Assembly: GCF_001194135.2 (NCBI RefSeq)
Contig: NC_068990.1
Span: 9,212,644-9,255,188 of the forward strand
Origin: Octopus bimaculoides
Lineage: Eukaryota
Length of the DNA: 42,545 nucleotides
Reading direction: 5' to 3'
Under the pieces are notes generated by a model. The model did no database searches and had not been told where the DNA came from. It saw only the letters and a program-made list of their open reading frames with translations. Below are positions 11,843 through 23,794 of the stretch, one piece after another. Each line of letters opens with the position of its first letter. Positions within the stretch are counted from its first letter, which is position 1. Both the position numbers and the translations under genes were made by a program.

Positions 11843-12047
11843 ACCAATCAGTTTCACACTGGGTATTAAATAACAAGATATTAAATAACAGCATGGTTAA
11901 GTAATACCACATGCTCTTCAGAGCTCGAATAACAGAGAGCTGTCATATTTTTTCCATACCTGCCACCTCTGAAGAGCGCCCGGTATTACTTAAGTGTGCT
12001 GTTATCTAATATCCAGTTCTTTAATACCCAATGTAAAGCCAATTGGT
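11843..12047. repeat. Long inverted repeat (arms about 80 bp)
   Basis: e.g. gggtattaaataacaagatattaaataacagcat...ttaagtaatacc...gctcttcagag pairs with ctctgaagagc...ggtattacttaa...gtgctgttatctaatatccagttctttaataccc. Confidence 0.9.
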
Positions 12048-12165
12048 TAGGTCAGAGGAAATGGATCTATAATATTGTATACTATGATATATGTATGTAT
12101 ATCTGTATTTATTTCATTTTTGTTTGCAAGATTCTTTATGTGAATTCATGTGTTGAACCAAATTT

Positions 12166-12460
12166 TGTGTCTAGGGAGAGTCATTATGCTAATATTATTA
12201 ACATGCATTGGTTCAATTCCACTCCTTTATTATTAGTCAATTGGTTCAATATCCAACTAACTAATCGATTGTTTAATTTGCTTAAACAGAAAGTCATTTG
12301 TTTTGTTTTTGTTTAGTTCTTTTGTTGCTACTTGCAACCTTTTCAGTGACCTATTATTAAAAAGGTTGCAAGTTAGTTGGATATTTAACCGATTGACTAA
12401 TAATAAAGGAGTAGAATCGAACCTGTGCATGTGTTAATAATATGATTCTCCCTAGACACA
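12166..12460. repeat. Long inverted repeat (arms about 90 bp) with a nested 14-bp perfect hairpin
   Basis: 12166-12262 is the reverse complement of 12371-12460. Inner stem acttgcaacctttt (12330-12343) / aaaaggttgcaagt (12360-12373). Confidence 0.9.
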
Positions 12461-13852
12461 ACAATACACCTCCCCCACACACATATATTGGTGTCCCAAC
12501 TCTGCCCTCTTGGAGGCTTCTATCTATGCAAAAATGTAGTCTTACAAACACTGTGTGGTAACACTACGCTCCCACCGAGCAAAAGTCTATATCGGTATAG
12601 ATTGTTGATTTCTCCAGTCCAACTTCTAAAGTCTTGAGCTTCATGCTGTTGATGAGCTGTAAGGGAAAGATCTTTGGCAGAAGTGTGATCAGAGAGGTAG
12701 AGGATTTTCTGATACCTTGATAGCTTCTGCTTGATGACAAGGCTGTTATTTTGGTTTGGGTCTAACAATTTTCAAAACCTCTGTCAATCAAATATTTTTA
12801 AGTCAAGAAAGGTGATCTTCTTCAAGAGCCTCACATGCCATGAATGCAAGAACAAAGTGGAGGTTTCTGGATGCATTCCACCTATCTCTATTATGCTCAT
12901 TGTAGGTTAGGCTTTTGTGGCTATCATACTGAACAAGAAGTCATTAGTGTTATATTTTGCAGACTTCCATACTCTAATAGCAGACAAAGTCAACTCAGCC
13001 AGATTATTGTTATTAGTAGACACAACATGAAATTAAGGTTTTCCAAAGCTAATGAGATAGGGACAGAAATATTCTTGGTGCACTATTGTGAGACATATAT
13101 ATATTGGTTGCAGCTACACAAAGAAGAGAATATCTATGTATGTAATGTAATGTAACACAAAACAAGTAGAATTTCTGAATGACTTAACGCCATGAAATCC
13201 AGGAGAAATTCCTTTACACCGTATTAAGTATATAGAACACTTCTTGGAAACAATCAAACATCTGTAATGTATAATCATTCCCATTTCTATGTCATTACTC
13301 TTCTAAACTAATTCCTTTTCATAATAAAATGACATGATGCTTATGACATGATTGGTAACCCCTTCTGGCTCTGTTCAAGTAGTTCTAATTTATGGAACTG
13401 GCTAAACAATTTTTTTTTTTAATTGAGATCTTTGCCTTAGCAATGCTGTTGGTATCAGTGATACTCTTTCTTAATATTTAGCATTTAAATGTGATTCCTT
13501 ATTTAAAGATGACAGAGAACTGGTTTTACTGTGAACATTTGGCTGCTAGAAGAGTATCCTGTTCTAGATATGTTTGTTATATTTATGCCATTGTTTGAAC
13601 CTGTACACTAGGGGTGATTGTAGATTAATTCATGAACAGCGATTAAGTTCAGACATATAGAAAGATAACACCAACTGGCACAGAAAACAAAATAAATTTA
13701 GTTAAGAAAAAAAAAATTCTACTGTCTCGTGAGTTTGAAAGTTAAGCCTATTGTTAGATATATTTAGAGAACTAATTCCAAAGTGAGTTTTACTCTATCA
13801 ACTCTAGCTTTGAAGATATAACATACTTCTTATATTGGTTGAAGTATCCACA

Positions 13853-14098
13853 CTCTTTTACTCTTTTACTTGTTTCAGTCATTTGACTGTGGCCATGCTG
13901 GAGCACCACCATGCTGGAGCACCACCATGCTGGAGCACCACCATGCTGGAGCACCACCTTTTATTCTTTGTAAGCCTAGTACTAATTCTATCGGTCTCTT
14001 TAACCGAACCATTAAGTTACGGGGACGTAAACACACCAGCATCGGTTGTCAAGCGATGTTGGGGTGACAAACACAGGCACACAAACATATACACACAA

Positions 14099-14145
<47 letters not shown>

Positions 14146-14310
14146 TACGATGGGCTTCTTTCAGTTTCTGTCTCCCAAATCCATTCACAAGGCTTTGGTC
14201 GGCCCAACGCTATAGTAGAAGACACTTGCCCAAGGTGCCACGCAGTGGGACTGAACCCGGAACCATGTGGTTGGTAAGCAAGCTACTTACCACACAGCCA
14301 CTTCTGCGCC
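13853..14310 (-). mobile_element. SINE family 1, near full length, with a 4x16-bp tandem in the tail
   Basis: Reverse complement of the family 1 sequence, with (ccatgctggagcacca)x4 at 13893-13956. Confidence 0.9.
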
Positions 14311-15945
14311 TATGTTTATTGTTTACACTGTTTATTGAAATTAGAAATCCCTGTCACACATTACATTTTAATGGTAAAGCAGTCAGATCTATTCATCATT
14401 ATATTTAGGATACTGATTTTAAAAACTGCATCAATTTTCCCCTATATGCTACAGTTAATTAATGATCTACTATTTTGTTACAAAACTGTAACCCCCAAAT
14501 AAACCTATAAAATGATTAGTTATTCTACACATAAGTTTCTTTCATACTTCTTTCTAGATTGAGATTTACCAGAACAGTCTTACTGCAAATTCCAGCAGTA
14601 CTGCTGCTACCTATCCTACCATTCTTTTGGTATCTCTTTCTTATTGTTTTTATATCTTGAAATCTTTCTCATTAAACTTTAATTAAATCACCAAGCTGTC
14701 ATTGAAGACTATCGAAATGTCTGTGAAAGTAATGAACTTTGATGTTCAAGCTAATATATTGATATATATACAGCCAAATGTATTAAAATTTGCGAGCATG
14801 TTCCCTATTAATTTAGAATAGTTTTCTACTTTATGGTTGCTAAGAAAAATTTCGACACTAAGAACAATCAAGGACCATGCACAAAGTTTTATATGGCACA
14901 AAAAGATTTTAAGGGCCTGTGCCCCCAAATTAGTCAAAAACAAGTCTTGTATATAAATTAGTCAGCAAAAACTGTGTTGTCAGTGTAATCCAGGTTTGTT
15001 CTGAATACTTAAAATAACAGTGACCAAATGACTGAACTTTGATGTACTCAAATTAAACATTGACAATGAGAACAGCAGTTTGTGGGAAGTTTAAAATGTT
15101 GGCCTTTATAGGAGCTGAATTAAATATTAAATAGAGTCAGTTTAACAATAGAGTTTGCTGGACTACAGAATTGACCTGTGGAAGATGATCTGGAATTTGA
15201 TTAGAATGTCATCACACTGAATTAGATATAAATATTCTGATTGGTTGTTAAAGCCTGAGCTGAATTCGCTCTCAAAATAGTTATTTCTTGGATGGAAATG
15301 TCAGAAGAAAAAAACAAAAAGAGCAATGTACATCACAACAATGTCAAACCTGACCTAAATGAATTATGCAGTTACTCCAAGAGACTAGTTTTATTGGTAA
15401 GACTGCATGCAATATGATCAAGAATTCATGAGCCTGGAAGGATAAAAGTGAAATCTATTAGTCTTTACTCATTCCATTTTGCCATTCTTATTCGGTAAAT
15501 CCAAATTTCTCCATCACAATCCAAATTCTCTTTTGATATCTATCCAACCATGTTAACAACCCAGTATTAACTGTTCTCTGCTCATTTGCATAATCAACAT
15601 TCTCTCATGGCTTTTTGTATTCTTTCATAATTGTACATCCTAAACCTTGATGTTCAGTTTTGGTGACAGATGGGGTATGTAAGCACTCAGTCGGAAGGAC
15701 CAGATTTAACTCATCAGGCATGCGTCGTTTTTCTTCTCTCTTGCTGAATGCACTTCTCCTCCATATATTCAATTCTCCTCTAACAGTGACATTGTCAAAG
15801 TGATCAGGGGGCAGCAATACCTTTCATTTTGAAGGGTTGATGTTGCCCTTATTCTAAGTGTTTTTCATGTCTTATTAAAGTTATCTCTACAGATTTTCTG
15901 TAGAAATTATAGCCAGCACTGATTTTGTTTTGCCTTTTTGTATCC

Positions 15946-16062
15946 GAGATGCCTAGTGTAAACAACAGCAATGAGGTCAAAGATGAAAAATGGGTAATGG
16001 GCACATACACCCATTACCCATTTTTCATTTTCGATCTCATTGTTGTTTACATTAGGCATCTT
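15946..16062. repeat. 117-nt hairpin (stem about 53 bp, 8-nt loop)
   Basis: gagatgcctagtgtaaacaacagcaatgaggtcaaagatgaaaaatgggtaatggg-cacataca-cccattacccatttttcattttcgatctcattgttgtttacattaggcatctt. Confidence 0.9.
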
Positions 16063-16835
16063 GAAAACTGTATCTCATGTTTTTTTTTCTGAAGGTAGTA
16101 GGCTGTGATTTTGGGGGTTAGCCACATTGACATGTTGTTTCACAGCTAGATGCTTTTCCTGTCATTAATATTTATCAGTTTTCCAAGTAGGCTGTCTCTT
16201 CTTTCTCATGTCTTGAAAGACATGAAGTGATCGTCTGTTGATTTGTTGATCAGAAAAGTGCTGAGAAGACCACTGATATATAAACATACACACTTATTCC
16301 CCATGCCCAGGCTCATAGACATGCGCGTGCACGCACACGCAAACACACACACACACACACACACACACTCTCTCTCTCTCACACGTTTTACAGAACAACA
16401 GGAGAAATATTACTCAATGCATGAGTATGCATGTATTTTACTCTGCTGGTTAAAAAAAAAGTGCAAGCATGTATGTGTATGTGTGTGTGTATTTTCATGT
16501 GCATATTCTGTTTATGCTTTTTCAGTTTGCTTACTGTTGTTGGCCTTAACTATTGATGACTGTCAGCTCTGAAGCATAAGTGAGACCTGTGTCAGTCAAA
16601 CAGGATGACACAATTGTAGCGATTCAGGAGTGGATACACTATCAGCTATGTAGTGAGGCTTCTCTAACTACTCAAAAATTCAACTATTTGGGTCATATCC
16701 AAAACGTTTGAGAATGTTTTCTCTTTTGTTGCTCTCCGACACTTCTAACCCTTTCCTTCCCATCACCTTTTCATGCCCATACATTGTTATCTGTAATTTT
16801 ATTCAATTGTTTCATTTTAACATTTCTACTTGCAG

Positions 16836-16891
16836 TGTGGCAGAAACTGAAGTTAAATAAAGAAACCGAGAGATGGAAACCAGATACTGAA
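16836..16891 (+). CDS. SF3A3: SF3A3 penultimate coding exon, 56 nt
   Basis: ttctacttgcag|TGTGG...ACTGAA|gtaaga. Phase fits the previous exon (T+TG=Leu) and gives LWQKLKLNKETERWKPDTE vs recalled human LWAKLKLQKASERWQPDTE. Confidence 0.96.
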
Positions 16892-17626
16892 GTAAGAGGC
16901 CTTATCATCCATTTGCAGTTTCTCTTCTGTCTTAAACCTCCTGACCTCACTATCTCATTCTCTTATTCTCTTCCCCCTATCCCCCCCACCATCCAACCCA
17001 TGGCCTGTCTTTTCATTTATCCATTTATATTTTATCTCTTTCATTGTTCTTCTCTCTGCGTCTTTGCTACATCATCATCATCATCATTCTTCACTATCAA
17101 CCTCTACTCTTTATTGATTGCACTGTAATTATCCCCCAAATAATCACTATTTTAGACATTCACACATTCACACACACACACGCCTGTGGGGCATCATCAA
17201 TTTTGTAATCATTAACCTAAATGTCATCAGCTTCTTCTCTCCTCATCTCCCTTGTCAACGCTGTAGTCTGGAAACATCTTTTGGAAAACCATCTTGTTCG
17301 CCTGAGCCACATGTTCTCATATTGTGAGCTCTTCGCAACTAACCATTTATCATTGTCTTGCTTTTCTCCTTATTTTTTCTTCCTCTTCTTATTATACCTT
17401 GTGCAAAATACCATCATCGTTATTATTGTTGTTAACTTTACACCTGCTTATCAGGTTTACAGCAGTGTTTGAAACAGTAGAATCCCTTGTGGGGCTGTTC
17501 TGAGTTCAAATCTTACCAAAGTGTGATTTCTGTTGTGGACTGATTTAATTAAGGCTGATCTAAATAAGGAAAAGGAGTGATACCGTTATAAGACAGTTTT
17601 ACACACATGCACAAACACAGGCGTGT

Positions 17627-17662
<36 letters not shown>

Positions 17663-17896
17663 GGCGGCGAGCTTGCAGAAACGTTAGCACACCGGGTGAA
17701 ATGCTTAGCCGTATTTCGTCTGCCGCTACGTTCTGAGTTCAAATTCCGCCGAGGTCGACTTTGCCTTTCATCCTTTCGGGGTCGATTAAATAAGTACCAG
17801 TTACGCACTGGGGTCGATATAATCGACTTAATCCGTGTTTGTCTGTCCTTGTTTGTCCCCTCTGTGTGTAGCCCCTTGTGGGTAGTAAAGAAATAA
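17663..17896 (+). mobile_element. SINE family 2 (tRNA-derived), full length, inside a CA microsatellite
   Basis: ggcggcgagcttgcagaaacgttagc...gagttcaaattccgccgaggtcgac...gtaaagaaataa. Copies at 23569, 25996 and 29893. Confidence 0.9.
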
Positions 17897-17922
17897 CATA
17901 CACACACACCATTTTCATTTTG

Positions 17923-18124
17923 TCATCATCATTTAATGTCTACTTTTCATGCTGGCATTGGTCGGATGGTTTAACAGGAACTTTTGTGGTGCAGGCCTGC
18001 ATTGAGCTCCATTGTCACCTTTGGCCCGGTTTCTATGGCTGGATGACCTTTCTAACATGAACCACTTTATAGTGTGTTCTGGGTGGTTTTTTTTTTTGTG
18101 CCACTGGCCCTTGTGAGGTTACCA
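17923..18124 (-). mobile_element. SINE family 3, diverged copy
   Basis: catcatcatttaatgtctacttttcatgctggc...ggctggatgacctttcta. Confidence 0.6.
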
Positions 18125-18304
18125 TGGATGATGGATCATGGGAGGAGATAAGAGAAGGGATACTTTAATAAGAATGTAGGGTCGGGCAGAAACAGGTGGA
18201 GGTAGAGGTTAATGAAGTGAGTGAGGGAAAGGGATGGCGTAGGAGGGCAGATGATGAGAAATACCTGTATGTAGGAAAGTAAGGTGGATCATGGATCAAG
18301 TAGC

Positions 18305-18469
18305 TAGGCGCAGGAGTGGCTGTGTGGTAAGTAGCTTGCTTACCAACCACATGGTTCTGGGTTCAGTCCCACTATGTGGCACCTTGGGCAAGTGTATTCT
18401 ACTATAGCCTTGGGCTGACCAAAGCCTTGTGAGTTGATTTGGTAGACGGAAACTGAAAGAAGCCTGTCG

Positions 18470-18518
<49 letters not shown>

Positions 18519-18740
18519 ATCTGTATATGTTTGTATGTCTGTGTTTGTCTCCCCAACAGCGCTTGACAACCGATGATGGTGTGTTTATGTCCCCGTAACT
18601 TAGCGGTTCGGCAAAAGACACCGATAGAATAAGTACTAGGCTTACAAAGAATAAGTCCTGAGGTCGATTTGCTTGATTAAAGACGGTGCTCCAGCATGGC
18701 TGCAGTCAAATGACTGAAACAAGTAAAAGAGAGTAAAAGA
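18305..18740 (+). mobile_element. SINE family 1, full length
   Basis: Collinear with 4804-5216 from head to gagtaaaaga tail. Confidence 0.9.
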
Positions 18741-18747
18741 AAGAAAT

Positions 18748-18780
<33 letters not shown>

Positions 18781-19212
18781 TATGTACATGTTTGTGTGTG
18801 TATTTTACCCTTGAAGAATGTAAAGCAAGTTTGACCATAACAAGTTTAGAAATCAAAATACGAAGGGCATTACCAAATATTGGTAAAATCCAGAATCCAA
18901 GCAAATAAAGTATGGTCTGTGATGGCAAAAGTTAGTCCATAGGAAAGTCCAGTTTGTTCAGTTGTTTTGAGAAGGTGAAGAATCTAATATTTCGAGCTGT
19001 TGCTCCTTGTGTGAGAGTGAAATAAAATGAGAAATCCTGTAGTCACATCAATGCCAATTACTTCCTTTTTCCTCACTCTCAGACAAAGAGAAAGAGAGAA
19101 GCATATGGTGTTCTATTCTTCATGTCAGCTTGAGTTGTCTGAAGATTATTTGTTGTTTCTTGTTGACTAACAACTACAAATACCGTTTCTTTTGATCCTT
19201 TACTCTGTGCAT

Positions 19213-19425
19213 GTGTGTCTTTGTGATTGTCCCCACCACCACTTGACAACTGGTGTCAGTTTGTTTACATCCCTGTAACCTAGCAGTTCAGCATAAGAGA
19301 CTGATAGAATAGGTAAGTATCAGACTTAAAAATAAATACAGGGATCAATTTGTTTGAACAAACTCTTCAAGTTGATGCCCCAGCTTAGCCACAGTCCATT
19401 GACTGGAACAAGTAAAAGATGAAAG
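19213..19425 (+). mobile_element. SINE family 1-related older copy, 3' half
   Basis: cttgacaactggtgtcag...gatagaata...cacagtccattgactggaacaagtaaaagat. Confidence 0.7.
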
Positions 19426-19913
19426 AAGGCAAAGTGTATCAGTGGGCATATGGCTCTAATTTGTAGCTGGTCGATTGACCTTATGGATGCTGCTTTATTG
19501 TTTTTGTTGTTGTTGGTAGTATGTGAAAGCAGAGGAAGGACAAGGAAGAGTTTTATATTCTGTACAGTAATGCAGGCTATAGTACAATACACTACATTAG
19601 TATACAGTGTGAAACATCAATAAATAAGCTAAATGATGTTGAAATTTTTGTCAGTCTGGGCACAATTTGTCTGGAGTTAAACTTTTGCTTCATTCATAGA
19701 TTACTATCTGAGAAGCTAGTGGTTATAAGAGCACCACCACCACCACCAACAACAATAATAGCATCATCATCAACACTATCAGCAGGACAGGAGCCATGCT
19801 GCTATAAGCAGACAGCAAATCATCATAAAAGCTGACATTGACTGGACTGGATTTCATTATCTAGTAACAGTTGGAATGGTTATTTGGTGTGTGTATATCT
19901 GTGTATGTATGTA

Positions 19914-19990
<77 letters not shown>

Positions 19991-20480
19991 TTGTGTGTAT
20001 GTATGTATATAAATCAAAGCTCATAGCATAGCTTTTCTCACTGATCAGTAATGACAGTGCTACCTATGTATTATTCATTTCTTTATTACTGGATGTTGAT
20101 GCTGCTTTTGCAGGAAATATTACAAACTTCATTCTGCTACCCCCAAATATCCATATATATACATGTATGTGTGTGTGTGTGCACATATATATAGACGTTA
20201 ATACACACATATGTGCACACAAGACTGTGTGTACAAGCATACATATTTTCACACACCCACACATACATATATGTATGTAGATCGTCAATGTATGCATGCA
20301 TAATATAGAGGTATTAACACAGATAATAAATATAAGCATGTGTATATGTTTGTGTGTATATGTCTATATACAGCCACATATATTGACATACATAACATGT
20401 TCCTGTATATTTCTGAATATTGTGTTTATGTATTGATTTATGTATTAGCATATATGATTTTTCTAAGTGATATATATATG

Positions 20481-20511
<31 letters not shown>

Positions 20512-21610
20512 AGACTGGGAGAAAATGTATATTACCATGTATACAACACCCACAGACATATATACATACATCTATAATCAGTCATTTGATAGCATTGTCA
20601 AAAATGATGGTTAGAGCCTGTAATAGAGTGCTTATTCTTGAGCCAGATTAATTCTGATCTGTGTTCACAAATCATATTATATGCCCCAGATTGTTTGCTT
20701 CATTACTTGTTTGTTGAACTCTTCTGTCTTCTACACCACGCATCTACAACTTACTGCAGCTATACATTCAGTCTCCATTTTATTTTTCTCAATTTCATAG
20801 TACTCGAAACTGTGAAAGTTCGAGTCAAGCCGAGTTGAAACCTTCCATAACTTGTTCTGCAAATCCTATCTGCTTCCACACATACACCTTTTGTTACAAC
20901 AAAAGGTGTATGTGTGGCACATTGAGCAGAAGTCTGTATCCTACCACACCTTATGTTGTGGGGCATGTCAGTTAAAAACCTATGTACTGCCTCACACATA
21001 TTGTGGTACTTTGGACAAAAAGCTATTTATTGCCACACATCTTGTGTTGTGAGTTCCATTGGAGAATAACCCTGTCTCCCATTCCCCTTCTGTTGTTGTC
21101 ATTGTTTAACCCCAATTCAATTCTGGCTAGATAAACCTTTGGTCAGAAGCATACTATTTATGCATCATGGAGTTTGCTTTTGCTCAGGGAGAGAAATAAT
21201 TTTTACCCACAGTGATATTAATATCTATCCTTTCCTTATGCTTTTACTAAATCCATCTCCAGCAGTAATTTGACATCTTATATAACATGAACTATCAGAT
21301 GTATCTAGTGAACCATCATTGCAGTTTCTTGGCATTCATAAGTGTCTGTGTTCCTCAATGTGATATCCTATTGTATTTCTTATTGTATATCCATACTTAC
21401 TATACAGAACCCTCTTGCTCCCTACTCTATTCCTACATATTGAAGACGGCTACTTTGCAGTGCAACTAGGATTTTATGCTTTCAGTTACTACCGCAGCCA
21501 ACCTTATGCCAAATTAGTTTTTTGGGCTCTTAACCATTCTTTGAAACATTTTCTGCATCTCTTTGATTGATTTTGCTGTGAAATTCAAGTCAACAACAAC
21601 AACACACACA

Positions 21611-21653
<43 letters not shown>

Positions 21654-21771
21654 NNNNNNNNNNNNNNNNNNNNNNNNNNNNNNNNNNNNNNNNNNNNNNN
21701 NNNNNNNNNNNNNNNNNNNNNNNNNNNNNNNNNNNNNNNNNNNNNNNNNNNNNNNNNNNNNNNNNNNNNNN

Positions 21772-21812
<41 letters not shown>

Positions 21813-22040
21813 TATGAGGGACGGGTGTATTGAGATGTTTCTGGGTTTGGATAAAAGAAAATACTGGAGGTTCAATTAATTATGATTTTACCCAACATAT
21901 TCCCCTCTCAGATTCACACTTATTGCAGTGGTCCTTCAGTTTTTCTAAGCCTTGTAGAAGAACTCAGAAAATTAGGCCTCCCTCTAACCAGGCCTTTCGT
22001 GATACCCTTAAAGCCAGGAATTTTTCAGTACCCCCTTGTA
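21813..22040 (-). mobile_element. Tc1/mariner-type MITE, inverted relative to 11447-11667
   Basis: The interior is the reverse complement of the 11447 copy. Ends are tatgaggg... and ...cagtacccccttgta. Confidence 0.8.
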
Positions 22041-22520
22041 ATACATAAACAGTTATTCTGTGCAAACATTTCTGTGTCTTTCATATATATAAATGCAGAA
22101 AATTAAACAATTTCCACCCATATGTTAAACACTTAGACTGGTTTTAATTAGACAAAAGACATATATGTAAATAAATATTTGATGCATTTTCAAACTTTTC
22201 TCAGTATTTTCCCTGCACATATATATAAGCCATAAGGGCCATCTTAAATACTAACCTATACTCTGACCTCCCCACTGAATTCCCTGCCACTTCTAACCTT
22301 TCTTATAACACTGTCAAGCATTGTATGAATTACTTTTAAGAACCATGTTCAGTTTATAATGTACCCATTAAAATACGTTGCATGGAAATCCTTTCAAGGG
22401 CCTTCTTTATATTAACATCCGCAAAGTAGAATGCTTCATTGTGAAAGGAAAAGTTGTTTTGTGGCTGTTTCACTAAATCTAGCTGTGCATGTAATTTGTT
22501 ATTTGATTTCTCTATTTCAG

Positions 22521-22598
22521 GAAGAATTTGAAGATTCCTCAGGAAATGTCGTTGCCAAAAAGGTGTACGATGATCTAAAGAGACAAGGACTTTTATAA
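22521..22598 (+). CDS. SF3A3: SF3A3 last coding exon with stop codon
   Basis: ttctctatttcag|GAAGAA...TTATAA translates EEFEDSSGNVVAKKVYDDLKRQGLL*, matching the conserved C-terminus (recalled human EEYEDSSGNVVNKKTYEDLKRQGLL). Confidence 0.97.
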   Translation, partial: EEFEDSSGNVVAKKVYDDLKRQGLL

Positions 22599-22605
22599 AA
22601 ATTGT

Positions 22606-22611
22606 AATAAA
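22606..22611 (+). promoter_or_regulatory. Candidate polyadenylation signal AATAAA for SF3A3
   Basis: AATAAA 7 nt after the stop, followed by a T/GT-rich tract (ttctgttgatttgtttt). The real 3' end may lie further downstream. Confidence 0.4.
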
Positions 22612-23568
22612 GCCTCCATCTTCTGTTGATTTGTTTTATTTAAAAAAAACAAAGCAAAAACAAAAAAACTGTCATACTTTCATTAAACAAAGTAAAAAGC
22701 AAAACAAACAAAGGATCCATTAAGTTGAAGAGAACATTGGAATATGAAGATGTATTCTTTTATCACTTAAGACACATCATGTAACATCATTAATCTATTT
22801 TCTCAACTTGTAACTTTTTTTTTTTTTTNNNNNNNNNNNNNNNNNNNNNNNNNNNNNNNNNNNNNNNNNNNNNNNNNNNNNNNNNNNNNNNNNNNNNNNN
22901 NNNNNNNNNNNNNNNNNNNNNNNNNNNNNNNNNNNNNNNNNNNNNNNNNNNNNNNNNNNNNNNNNNNNNNNNNNNNNNNNNNNNNNNNNNNNNNNNNNNN
23001 NNNNNNNNNNNNNNNNNNNNNNNNNNNNNNNNNNNNNNNNNNNNNNNNNNNNNNNNNNNNNNNNNNNNNNNNNNNNNNNNNNNNNNNNNNNNNNNNNNNN
23101 NNNNNNNNNNNNNNNNNNNNNNNNNNNNNNNNNNNNNNNNNNNNNNNNNNNNNNNNNNNNNNNNNNNNNNNNNNNNNNNNNNNNNNNNNNNNNNNNNNNN
23201 NNNNNNNNNNNNNNNNNNNNNNNNNNNNNNNNNNNNNNNNNNNNNNNNNNNNNNNNNNNNNNNNNNNNNNNNNNNNNNNNNNNNNNNNNNNNNNNNNNNN
23301 NNNNNNNNNNNNNNNNNNNNNNNNNNNNNNNNNNNNNNNNNNNNNNNNNNNNNNNNNNNNNNNNNNNNNNNNNNNNNNNNNNNNNNNNNNNNNNNNNNNN
23401 NNNNNNNNNNNNNNNNNNNNNNNNNNNNNNNNNNNNNNNNNNNNNNNNNNNNNNNNNNNNNNNNNNNNNNNNNGGCTTATTCAAGGCTGTTGCACGATGT
23501 CAAACATAAAACAGGGAGATACAAGCACACGCATACATACACACACTGCTCCATACACGCGCACACAT

Positions 23569-23772
23569 GCCGGGCGAAATGCTTAGCAGTATTTCGTCTG
23601 CTGCTACGTTCTGAGTTCAAATTCCGCCGAGGTCGACTTTGCCTTTCATCCTTTCGGGGTCGATAAATTAAGTACCAGTTACGCACTGGGGTCGATGTAA
23701 TCGACTTAATCCCTTTGTCTGTCCTTGTTTGTCCCCTCTGTGTGTAGCCCCTTGTGGGTAGTAAAGAAATAA
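23569..23772 (+). mobile_element. SINE family 2, slightly 5'-truncated
   Basis: Near-identical to 17663-17896. Confidence 0.9.
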
Positions 23773-23794
23773 CACATTTGTATGCGACGGGGGT

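Noticed and set aside
12520-12768. 82-aa minus-strand ORF inside the SF3A3 intron
   Set aside because: No recognisable domain or convincing splice sites.
15605-15817. 70-aa minus-strand ORF that also contains CTGATGA
   Set aside because: Unrecognised peptide with a TTG start, and no GAAA or stems for a hammerhead.
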